The notes beneath the pieces were generated by a model. The model was not told the DNA's origin. It did not search any database and saw only the letters and a program-made list of their open reading frames with translations. The position numbers were made by a program, and so were the translations under genes. From positions 175-64,174 of the forward strand of contig JAKUPR010000006.1 of NCBI GenBank assembly GCA_022450585.1: 64,000 nt of DNA, in the 5' to 3' direction. Shown piece after piece: positions 39,401 to 46,937 of this stretch. The first letter of the stretch is position 1. Every line of letters begins with the position of its first letter. The DNA is from Anaerolineales bacterium (GTDB lineage Bacteria; Chloroflexota; Anaerolineae; Anaerolineales; UBA11657).

Positions 39401-40665
39401 CTGAGCGGATACGCGAAAGATGCGAACTTGCAGAAATGACGTATGAAGGAGCTGTGATGGATGCGCGGGAAGCCGGACATGCTTTGCCAGTTACGCAGGT
39501 AGCAAGAGAAATGCTCGACACTGCTGGGGTGTCTCTGCAGTTAGGTCGTGAAGAGCTCCAAGAGTTGAACATGGATAACCTTCAGGATAAGGTGAAGACA
39601 CTCATTGAGAGTGTGCTAGGTATAGAACTGGTTAGTGGTGCAATGCGTCGAATTGAAACGCGTACGCGGTTGGAGTTACTGCTGGACCTGCCTGCTTGGG
39701 ATCAATTTGACTGGGATGACTGGCACGATAATGTGTTGGAAATACTGGCGATTGAGCAGAATGTTCGCATTGAGAAGCACATTGGCGAAATAGAATACTT
39801 CCTTGAGCAGAATGTTACCCATTCAGCAGATATGACGCGCAGTGATTGGGGACGCCTAATTTTAGACTTGGCATATAGTCGTGATGTCAGTTTCCATGAG
39901 AAGACTCGTGAGCGGGTGGTTCGTATGGAGCAACGCTTCCCGTATGTGTATCACTCGGCGGAGTTGGTGCATCGAGATGACGATGAAACTTTGTCGAAAC
40001 ATGTGCTAGATCATTTGACGCGGGCAGGTGAAGTGTTGAAACACTCGTGGGGCGAGACAGAATTACAGCGTTTGCATCTGCAGCGTCTCGATGATTTGGA
40101 TGAAAAGCACGCAACTATGCTGCGCGCTAGGATTGGTAGAACTGAATACGAAGCTATTAAGGGACAACAGCTAAGTGTGCTGTCCGGTAAGGTGCGCGAG
40201 GAAGTGCGAGAGGCGCTTGGGCGAGGTGTTGTAATCGGGGCCTATCGACAGATATTACTTTCTATTAGTAGTCAATTGTGGGTGGATTATCTCACGTCTA
40301 TGGAGGCACTACGTACGTCTGTTGGTCTTGAGGCATATGCGCAGCGCGACCCGTTGATAGCTTACAAGAGTCGTGCATTTGATTTATTTCAACAGCTAAT
40401 TCTTGATATGCGCAATGGTCTTGTTGCTTGTATGTTTACATCTGGCCCTGGGGAGTTGACCGGCGTCCGTACGGATAGGCCCCAAGACGAATCGAAATCA
40501 GGTGGGACCGACCTTGGTCGTAACGACCCATGTTGGTGTGGGAGTGGAAAGAAGTTCAAGAGTTGTCACATGGGACATTCGGGAGACAAAACTGCTCGGT
40601 CGGTTAGACACCCTTCGAGGAATACTAAAAAGAAAAAGCGCAAGAAGCGGCGCGCCCGTCGTTAG
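36454..40665 (+). CDS. secA: Preprotein translocase ATPase SecA, unusually long (1403 aa)
   Basis: Walker A MRTGEGKTLVATLP, DEAD-like box IIDEVDNVLIDSARTPLIISG, TGMSGTA, ATNMAGRGVDIKLGG, RIDNQLRGRASRQGDPGSS, and C-terminal zinc motif CWCGSGKKFKSCH. Large extra segments at about 38050-38330 and 39000-40245. Confidence 0.93.
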   Translation: MFKKLLTAVGGNPTERDLEEYEIVADAISALEPEYQALTDSELCHKTDFFREHLSSAISGITDEEAIADAEAIALDDILVPAFATVREAAVRTIGLRHYPVQLIGGQVLHAGRIAEMRTGEGKTLVATLPLYLNALLGRGSHLVTVNDYLARRDAKWMGPIFHLLGMRVGILQDAGRTDNAQMAFVFDPEHETSQEDSNRMRIVPRREAYDADITYGTNNEFGFDYLRDNIANRLDERRQGMLHYAIIDEVDNVLIDSARTPLIISGPAQHDPTMYAELAQVVRQLKPNHYDIDDRARGISITDEGYDRVEELLGRMLRDPDRPEDITPEQAQIQSHLEQAMRAEFIFKRNKDYLVRSGHVVIVDDFTGRVMPGRRWSDGLHQAVEAKEGVDIQAENATYATITLQNFFRMYTKLSGMSGTALTEAEEFDKIYKIDVVAIPTHLDYRARVDPDLTEVAFRENGSRFTFIAHVNDPDIPLLHRRKDYDDLVFRTEEAKLRALMREVLTRHVRGQPMLIGTTSVEASEQLASRFRGDALRMLALVWILRDTWFEANDREEDGRVVPELALFNMSLQKLKTSQLRPLAKELKLRLNPNSAENISRLGDILGIESQLHSKLSKVLQSGISCQVLNAKKHDEESQIIASAGELGAVTIATNMAGRGVDIKLGGEITEEALANVNRVLKRTGSSDPFSMNHEERAEAISALSSDDYGIYEEEVRAFLQYIDDEQKVRGLGGLHVVGSERHEARRIDNQLRGRASRQGDPGSSRFYLSLEDELMRRFGGANVSNLMERLSIDEAMPIEHGIVNKSIEQSQTRVEGANFDVRKHLLEYDDVLNVQRNKFYQQRNRIFRKDDLSEDIEAILVAEVRRRVTASSADEEGHWRLLAWLDSTQPTLQHPDGSLFFPFSIELILDSLAQAVPALGNLWQVQHHAGDVEDCARALSGQQTEIRTTLLQMARSAADLALERMLLSYDAELNTLAAQLPERIRERCELAEMTYEGAVMDAREAGHALPVTQVAREMLDTAGVSLQLGREELQELNMDNLQDKVKTLIESVLGIELVSGAMRRIETRTRLELLLDLPAWDQFDWDDWHDNVLEILAIEQNVRIEKHIGEIEYFLEQNVTHSADMTRSDWGRLILDLAYSRDVSFHEKTRERVVRMEQRFPYVYHSAELVHRDDDETLSKHVLDHLTRAGEVLKHSWGETELQRLHLQRLDDLDEKHATMLRARIGRTEYEAIKGQQLSVLSGKVREEVREALGRGVVIGAYRQILLSISSQLWVDYLTSMEALRTSVGLEAYAQRDPLIAYKSRAFDLFQQLILDMRNGLVACMFTSGPGELTGVRTDRPQDESKSGGTDLGRNDPCWCGSGKKFKSCHMGHSGDKTARSVRHPSRNTKKKKRKKRRARR

Positions 40666-40684
40666 CGGCTTAATTAATGTGCAC

Positions 40685-41494
40685 TTAGGGCTTGTGCTCG
40701 GGTTGGCAACCGGGGCAGAAATATGTACCACGCTGTGCTACTGTAGTACGAGTAATAGGTAGGCTGCATCTGTGGCACGGATCTCCACGTCGACCGTAGA
40801 CGCGAAAATGGTGCTGTTGGCTCCCACCCTTGTAAACCCAGTCGATGCTGGCACCGTTGTTTCGAATTCCGTCTCGTAATACTCTCCGTAGACTTCGCCA
40901 CAATAATCGTGCTTGCGCTGGCACGAGCGTATCGCTGCGTCTCATGGGATGTATCCCTGCGAGATGTAGAGCTTCGTCGGTATAGATGTTCCCCATCCCG
41001 GCGAGGAAGCTCTGATCGAGTAGTAGAGGCTTTAACATGCGTTTTCGTTTTGCGAGCGAACGAGCAAAACTATTTGACGTGAATTGTTTTGATAATGGTT
41101 CTGGACCAAGCCTTGCGGTAATTTCTTCTGCTGTTCTAACTAGATAGACTCTGCCAAATTTGCGTGGATCAGAGAAGCGTAATTGTTGATAGTTGTCCAA
41201 GGTCATAATTGTGTGGGCATACTTGTCAACAGTTGTAGATTCTTCGGTTATGTATAAGTCTCCACTCATACGTAGATGAAATAGTAATGCGTCTTCGCTA
41301 AGTTGAAAGACGAGAAACTTGCCACGTCGTCTTACTGCTGTAATCCGCTGTCCACGTATGCGCTTGGTGAATACGGCAGGTAAAGGTCTGTCAATCTGAC
41401 GGGGCCAGCCTATGTGTGTGTTTCTGATGGACCGGCCAACGCAGGGCCCTCGTAACTGACGCACGCGGGTTTCGACTTCAGGTAGTTCAGGCAT
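40685..41494 (-). CDS. mutM: Formamidopyrimidine-DNA glycosylase (Fpg/Nei family)
   Basis: MPELPEVET N-terminus (catalytic Pro2), which requires the ATG at 41494 rather than the track start at 41518. H2TH region and C-terminal zinc finger C..C.......YFCPGCQ. Confidence 0.88.
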   Translation of the reverse strand: MPELPEVETRVRQLRGPCVGRSIRNTHIGWPRQIDRPLPAVFTKRIRGQRITAVRRRGKFLVFQLSEDALLFHLRMSGDLYITEESTTVDKYAHTIMTLDNYQQLRFSDPRKFGRVYLVRTAEEITARLGPEPLSKQFTSNSFARSLAKRKRMLKPLLLDQSFLAGMGNIYTDEALHLAGIHPMRRSDTLVPAQARLLWRSLRRVLRDGIRNNGASIDWVYKGGSQQHHFRVYGRRGDPCHRCSLPITRTTVAQRGTYFCPGCQPEHKP

Positions 41495-41545
41495 TGTTTG
41501 GCCTTGGCCAGCGTCCATAAAGGGGACACTAGCCTTGTGTTGGAG

Positions 41546-41618
41546 CTCCCCGGCCAGGACTTGAACCTGGAACCAATCGGTTAACAGCCGATCGCTCTGC
41601 CAATTGAGCTACCGAGGA
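41546..41618 (-). tRNA. tRNA-Asn (anticodon GUU)
   Basis: Minus strand: TCCTCGG-TA-GCTC-AATTGGCA-GAGC-G-ATCGG-CTGTTAA-CCGAT-TGGTT-CCAGG-TTCAAGT-CCTGG-CCGGGGA-G. No encoded CCA. Confidence 0.9.
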
Positions 41619-41654
41619 AGGACTTGGGATTATATCCGCAGCAGCATTGGCGTG

Positions 41655-42155
41655 TCAAGGATTATTCGGGGTAGGAGAGATCAAGTTGAATGGCGGATAG
41701 CGCTGCCCTATCCATAAGTACAGCTGTGCTAGTCCATTTTTCGCTTGGTATCGCTCTTGGGTGGAAATCTGTAACTGTGCGAATTCATCCTCGTCCAAAA
41801 GCCTGTGATTGCCGTATTTGTCTACCCAAAGATCCAGGGCAAGATCAACTGTGTGGATTTCGGAATTTGCTATATGCGCTGGACGAGTAATGTTGCAATA
41901 CCAACCTTTTAGATCGTCATCTATATGTGAGTGAATCTGATAAATTGAATACCAATTCTTGGTGAAAAACCATTCTACAAATCGGTCTCCACGCTCGAAT
42001 ACTGCATAACCAAGATCAATGTATGGGTAAAGGTCAAAGTGTGCTTCAATTTGCAGCCAGTCAGCTGTATGCTCACGTAGTTTCCCTGTCCATGTTAATT
42101 CCGTCTCACCGGCAATGTTCAATTTACGTACAGTCATGTGGTCGCCGATTTTCAT
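41655..42155 (-). CDS. DUF402-family protein (Ntdp/FomD-like phosphohydrolase fold)
   Basis: Motifs GWYCNITRPA and DLALDLWV....LLDEDEF resemble DUF402. The start overlaps the ABC ATPase stop by 4 nt. Internal ATG alternative at MTVRK. Confidence 0.6.
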   Translation of the reverse strand: MKIGDHMTVRKLNIAGETELTWTGKLREHTADWLQIEAHFDLYPYIDLGYAVFERGDRFVEWFFTKNWYSIYQIHSHIDDDLKGWYCNITRPAHIANSEIHTVDLALDLWVDKYGNHRLLDEDEFAQLQISTQERYQAKNGLAQLYLWIGQRYPPFNLISPTPNNP

Positions 42156-43210
42156 GCATTACCCTTAGGCAACCAGGTTACTGCGTCCGGTGGCAACTTT
42201 AGTCGGATTTGCGTGCCCACTTGCGGTAGTTCATCTGGTGTCGGCAACTCGAAAATGAGCGGAGGACTTTGTTTAGGTTGAAGCTGCAGACGTATTGAGG
42301 AACCGCGAAAAGAGACTCCCGTCACCTTGCCAAGCAAATTTCCCTGTGGCGATATTATTGCGCCAGTCGGACGCAGAAGTACACTAACAGGCGCGTGACC
42401 ACCTGATGGCTGTTTATGAAAGTTGGTAAGCGGGTGCCATCCCGCAGCTGGAAGCTGTACACCGATTTCCCCATTCTGTCTTTCCGGTGTGGCTGAAATG
42501 ATATTTGTCATTCCCAAAAAGCGTGCTACATACTCCGAGGCTGGGTGGGTATAGATCTCATTGGGAGTTCCGACCTGTTTAATCTTTCCGGAGCGCATTA
42601 TGATGATTCGATCGGCAATGGTGAAGGCTTCTTCCTGGTCGTGGGTGACATAGATTGCTGTCTGGTGAAGGGCACGCAGGATTTGACTCAATTCGCTGAG
42701 TAGATGCTCGCGCAATGGGCGGTCAAGTGAACCTAGAGGTTCATCCAACATCAATAGACGTGGTTGTGGCGCTAGTGCTCGTGCTAGAGCTACCCGTTGT
42801 TGCTCGCCCCCAGACAGAGTGTTCACATCACGATGCGAGTAGTTCGTAAGACCGACCTTTTTGAGAATTGTAGTGACTTTCTGCTGTATGGTTGTCAGTG
42901 GAAGACTCTGTTGCTGTAGACCAAATGCGACATTGCCGAAGACATCACGGTGCGGGAAAAGTGCATAATCTTGGAACATCAGGCCGAAATTGCGTTGGTG
43001 TGGCGGGATATCCGTAATCGGCTTACCGTCAAAGCATACTGTGCCGTCTTCTGCCGTCATGAGACCCGCGATAATGTTTAGGAGAGTTGATTTTCCGCAT
43101 CCGCTAGGACCGAGTATTGCGACAATCTCTTCTTTTGCTACTGAGAAGGAAACTTCACTCAGTGCCGCAGTTTTATCAAAGGATTTGGAGACACACTGGA
43201 TTTCAAGCAT
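42152..43210 (-). CDS. ABC transporter ATP-binding protein (thiamine/iron/polyamine-type importer)
   Basis: Walker [10 protein letters not shown], signature LSGGEQQRV, Walker B LLMLDEP, and a C-terminal TOBE-like extension. Confidence 0.85.
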   Translation of the reverse strand: MLEIQCVSKSFDKTAALSEVSFSVAKEEIVAILGPSGCGKSTLLNIIAGLMTAEDGTVCFDGKPITDIPPHQRNFGLMFQDYALFPHRDVFGNVAFGLQQQSLPLTTIQQKVTTILKKVGLTNYSHRDVNTLSGGEQQRVALARALAPQPRLLMLDEPLGSLDRPLREHLLSELSQILRALHQTAIYVTHDQEEAFTIADRIIIMRSGKIKQVGTPNEIYTHPASEYVARFLGMTNIISATPERQNGEIGVQLPAAGWHPLTNFHKQPSGGHAPVSVLLRPTGAIISPQGNLLGKVTGVSFRGSSIRLQLQPKQSPPLIFELPTPDELPQVGTQIRLKLPPDAVTWLPKGNA

Positions 43211-43216
43211 TTGGGT

Positions 43217-44950
43217 TTAGATTTCTCCGGTGTGACCAAAACGCAGTGATTCAATAGCTAACATTCCGCTTCCGCAGAATATCATCAAGATTGTACTCAA
43301 TGCTAGTGCTTGACCGTAATTGAGAGCACCGGGTTGCGATAGGTAACGATAGATTGCAACCGGGACAGTGGGGAATTCTGGCCGGGATAGGAGCGCGGTT
43401 GCCCCAAACTCTCCCAAAGAAATGGTGAATGCAAAAGCTGCGGCTACTATTGCTGCTCGTCCAACAAGGGGTAGGTCAATTTCACGCCATACACGTGCTG
43501 GACTACTGCCTAGAACAGCGGCGGCGTGCCGTAGTTGTGGTCTTATACTCTGCCACGCTGGTAGCAAGCTGCGGATGACAAATGGGAAAGCTACTAAGGT
43601 ATGTGCTAGTGGTAGCAATAGAGGGGAGGCACGGAGGTTAAGTGGTGGGCGACTGAAGGCGATAATGAAGCCAAATCCAAGAGTCACTGCAGAAGTGCCT
43701 AAAGGGAGCATTATGATTGGGTCTAGCCACCGGGCCAATCGTGTTTTACGTGCCAGCATTCCTGCGGTAGGTATGCCTAGTCCTAATGATAGTACTATTG
43801 TTAACAACGCGTTTTTCAAGGATATCCCGATTGTTTCAATTGGCGTGATGAAAAAGAGTGCCTGTTGTCTGTTGATAAAAAGTTCACGATAGTAGTTTAG
43901 GGTAAAGCCTGTTGTCAGGACACCGCGCTCAGCTCTGTCTGCTTCGAGTTTGAAGGTAGAGCGGACCACTAGGGCACCTAGCGGAGCAACCAGCAAAGCT
44001 AATAAGCCGATTATTATTACCCAGGCAGCTAGACGCGTACGCCATTTCCTCAATTTACGCTGGGTTGTCTGCGCTGTTTGTGTTCTTAGAGGTCGACTAA
44101 TACGAGCTGCCATACGGGTATATGCGAAAGTAAGTCCTAGGGTACATAGTAGTTGTATCAGACAGAGAAGCGCCGCCAGAGGCATGTTGAAAAAATTGAG
44201 AGTCTGACGATAGATGGCGACTTCAAGCGTAGCGAAACGGGGACCTCCTAGAATCAGGATGACCCCAAAGGAAGTGAAATTGAAGATGAAGACCAGTATG
44301 GCGGCAGTTAGTACAGCCGGTCCAAGTATAGGAGCAGTGATACGGGTGAATGTACTCCACGGCGTGGCGCCTAATGTACGTGCGGCCTGTGTCAAATGCG
44401 GATCCAGTCGTGCCCAGAAATCTCCCACCAGTCGCATTACAATGGTGGTATTGTAGAATACGTGCGCAAGCAGAATAGCGTACAAAGTATTAACGACTAT
44501 TAGTGGAGGTGTCTCCAAATGCAACGCGCGCATCAATCCTAGATTGATCCACCCGCGTGCTCCCAGAAGCGCATTGAACCCGGATGCCACAACAACCGTG
44601 GGCATCATGAAAGGAATCGCTGTCAAGGTGCGGAGCAGCGCTTTGCCTCGAAAACGGTATGTGCCGATCAGGTAAGCTCCCGGAAGACCGACCAGCAGTG
44701 TGAGTATCGTGGAAAGGCATGCTTGCCATATGGTAAAAGTCAGCGTGCGGAAAATATAGGAGTCTCTTAGATATTCTAGGGCACTGACTGTACGCTCCAC
44801 ATCAGCAAGGCTGTATGTAAGGACAGCGCCCAGAGGATAGAAGTAGAACACTCCTAGGAATGAGAGAGGTAGCAACCAAAGCGCAGGTCGCAGGTAAACC
44901 GTCAAAGTTCTTGTCCTTCGGCTTACATCTGAGTCTCTAGTATTTAACAT
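43217..44950 (-). CDS. Two-module ABC importer permease (ThiP/FbpB-like)
   Basis: 577 aa with about 12 TM helices. Two BPD_transp_1 EAA-like loops (AARTLGATPWSTFTRIT.P and AAAVLGSSPARVWREIDLPL). Confidence 0.8.
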   Translation of the reverse strand: MLNTRDSDVSRRTRTLTVYLRPALWLLPLSFLGVFYFYPLGAVLTYSLADVERTVSALEYLRDSYIFRTLTFTIWQACLSTILTLLVGLPGAYLIGTYRFRGKALLRTLTAIPFMMPTVVVASGFNALLGARGWINLGLMRALHLETPPLIVVNTLYAILLAHVFYNTTIVMRLVGDFWARLDPHLTQAARTLGATPWSTFTRITAPILGPAVLTAAILVFIFNFTSFGVILILGGPRFATLEVAIYRQTLNFFNMPLAALLCLIQLLCTLGLTFAYTRMAARISRPLRTQTAQTTQRKLRKWRTRLAAWVIIIGLLALLVAPLGALVVRSTFKLEADRAERGVLTTGFTLNYYRELFINRQQALFFITPIETIGISLKNALLTIVLSLGLGIPTAGMLARKTRLARWLDPIIMLPLGTSAVTLGFGFIIAFSRPPLNLRASPLLLPLAHTLVAFPFVIRSLLPAWQSIRPQLRHAAAVLGSSPARVWREIDLPLVGRAAIVAAAFAFTISLGEFGATALLSRPEFPTVPVAIYRYLSQPGALNYGQALALSTILMIFCGSGMLAIESLRFGHTGEI

Positions 44951-44965
44951 TGATTACAGGGGCAA

Positions 44966-46021
44966 TCATCGCAGCATGATGTTACTCCAGGCTTGTATCC
45001 ATGCTTCGCGGTACTTGTTGATGTCATTGGGTTCGACAACTGCCGGCTGCGCGGCGATTTGTGCGTGCTGGATGAATTCTGCCGGTAGTTCTGCTAGAGG
45101 GTTTACTGGGAACATGAACATTTGCATTGGTACATCGTTCTGGAAAGTGGAAGTTAACATGAAGTCAATCCATGCTTCCGCAAGGTCGCGGTTCTCAGTA
45201 TCACGCAATATGCCAATGAATTCAATTTGACGGAAGCATGTGTCAGGTGCTATTACACTGCCGGTGGGTGCTTCTTCTGGGGTTTCTTCAGCAAAAATCA
45301 CCTCGGCAGGTGGACTGGAAGCATACGAGACTACTAATGGGTATGGGCCTTGTCCACTGCTACCGCTGAACTCGGTGAAATAGGCTGTCTCCCAGTTTTC
45401 TACGACTTTGACGCCGTTGGCGCGTAGCTTGGTCCAGAAATCCAAGTATCCATTCGGGCCAAAATGTCCTATGGTGGTCAATAGAAAGGCTAATCCCGGC
45501 GATGAGGCTGCAGGATTTTCAACCACCAACAAGTTTGCGTATTCCGGAGCGATCAGGTCTTCTAGGGAATCTGGTATTGGCAGATTGTTATTCCTGAAAT
45601 AGGTTTTGTCATAGTTTATGCAGACGTCTCCATAGTCCACTGGCGTGACACGATGCATCTCATCCAACTTGAATTCAGGGGGTATCTCTGATAGCAACGG
45701 TGAGGAATATGGTTCTAGGATGTCAGCTTTGAGTGCACGTGTTAGCATCGTGTTGTCGATGCCAAATATTAGGTCTGCCAATGGAGCGTCTTTGTTAATT
45801 ATGGCCTGACTTAATACTGTGCCTGCGTCTCCGGAAGTTATAATCTGCAAAGCAACGTTGTGCTGTTCCTGAAATTTAGCAACTACTTCCTCAGATACCG
45901 CAAATGAGTCGTGTGTCATCACGGTCAGTGTTTGTGTCTTGTCCGTGGTGGGAGTGGCACCCCCACACGCGGCCACAAACAGAGCGAGCGCAGCATTTAT
46001 GAGTATATATTTTTGTTTCAC
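44966..46021 (-). CDS. Thiamine-type ABC transporter substrate-binding lipoprotein
   Basis: Lipobox LFVAAC-GG. Resembles ThiB/TbpA/FbpA-family SBPs. The operon lies behind a TPP riboswitch. Confidence 0.7.
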   Translation of the reverse strand: MKQKYILINAALALFVAACGGATPTTDKTQTLTVMTHDSFAVSEEVVAKFQEQHNVALQIITSGDAGTVLSQAIINKDAPLADLIFGIDNTMLTRALKADILEPYSSPLLSEIPPEFKLDEMHRVTPVDYGDVCINYDKTYFRNNNLPIPDSLEDLIAPEYANLLVVENPAASSPGLAFLLTTIGHFGPNGYLDFWTKLRANGVKVVENWETAYFTEFSGSSGQGPYPLVVSYASSPPAEVIFAEETPEEAPTGSVIAPDTCFRQIEFIGILRDTENRDLAEAWIDFMLTSTFQNDVPMQMFMFPVNPLAELPAEFIQHAQIAAQPAVVEPNDINKYREAWIQAWSNIMLR

Positions 46022-46647
46022 TTTTGTCTCCGTGTTATATTGTTCAGCACTATGCAGATGAGTAATCCCTCTTGGAGTGATATGGTTGCCTCAGATGCCG
46101 TCATTATGTTGCTGACGCCTAGCGTTGCCCCAAACGGCAGGTGTCCACGTTGCAGTGGGTATTCCAATCCGCTGGTGGTTAATGTCTTCACATCTCCTCT
46201 GATGGGTATGAGTGATACTATGTCTCCCGGGCTTCCTTGAATGACATGTGGTTCTCCCGGGCGCAGCAGCGTAATTTCTTGATCACCGTCTATGAGTTGG
46301 ATGTTCGCCGCTGAGAAACGTGGCATGCCCAGCAGCATCAAATTTGCAAGAGCATGATCCAAGCGGCCACCCAACGCAGCAAGGATTAGAATGTTACGGA
46401 TTTTTCGTTGGATTGCTAGGTCAACCGCCAACTCCAGATCAGTTGCATCTTTGTTAATTGGGTGACGGTATACTTGTGTGTTGGCATTCGTAATTTGGTC
46501 CACTTCTGTACCCGATAACGAGTCGAAGTCTCCAATCAAAATATGGGGCATGCAACCGGATTCCAAGCAATAACGACCGCCACCATTTGCAGCAATGATA
46601 AGATCATCGGCGTGCAGTAGCGATGCCATGTCTATGCTGGTGGCCAT
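46018..46647 (-). CDS. Thiamine pyrophosphokinase (TPK/ThiN)
   Basis: GDFDS motif (ILIGDFDSLSG), DLELA and GGRLDH motifs, and a C-terminal thiamine-binding beta domain. The true start probably lies upstream of 46647 (see findings). Confidence 0.8.
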   Translation of the reverse strand: MATSIDMASLLHADDLIIAANGGGRYCLESGCMPHILIGDFDSLSGTEVDQITNANTQVYRHPINKDATDLELAVDLAIQRKIRNILILAALGGRLDHALANLMLLGMPRFSAANIQLIDGDQEITLLRPGEPHVIQGSPGDIVSLIPIRGDVKTLTTSGLEYPLQRGHLPFGATLGVSNIMTASEATISLQEGLLICIVLNNITRRQK

Positions 46648-46713
46648 TACTCCATTTGCTACGATGACCGCACGTGTGCTGTTCTCTAAATTCCCATTCT
46701 TGTCAATAACAAG

Positions 46714-46743
46714 AAACCACCTTTCTGGGGAGGAGAGGTGGTT
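46714..46743 (-). terminator. Riboswitch expression-platform hairpin (putative intrinsic attenuator)
   Basis: On the minus strand, AAACCACCT-loop-AGGTGGTTT is followed by CTTGTTATT. It sits between the TPP aptamer and the TPK coding region. Confidence 0.45.
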
Positions 46744-46751
46744 TGCGTAAT

Positions 46752-46846
46752 CGTAGTTTTCCCTTCGCCGGCATTACCCGGAGCAGGTTCCGTGGGTCGC
46801 AGGGCGGGGCCTGCCTCTCAGTCTGAAACTATAGACTCCCCAGTGT
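46752..46846 (-). promoter_or_regulatory. TPP (THI-box) riboswitch
   Basis: Minus strand: CTGGGGAGTCT..AGACTGAGAGG....ACCCACGGAACCTGCTCCGGGTAATGCCGGCGAAGGGA. This matches the conserved GGGG / CUGAGA / ACCC / GAACCUGAUC.GG.UAAU.CC.GCG.AGGGA core. Confidence 0.88.
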
Positions 46847-46863
46847 TATTATGATGTGCGGAA

Positions 46864-46872
46864 ATTATATCA
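46864..46872 (-). promoter_or_regulatory. Putative extended -10 promoter for the riboswitch-thiamine operon
   Basis: On the minus strand, TGaTATAAT lies about 20 nt upstream of the aptamer 5' end. Confidence 0.35.
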
Positions 46873-46937
46873 TAGCCCGCAGCGGCCTGTACATTGGTTG
46901 CTGCGCCGTTCTCCGCCCCTTATAATTATGTCAATCC

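Noticed and set aside
40498-40901. Small ORFs at the secA/mutM junction (40498..40731-, 40502..40762+, 40674..40901-)
   Set aside because: They overlap the well-supported 3' ends of secA and mutM in other frames, and no independent signals support them.
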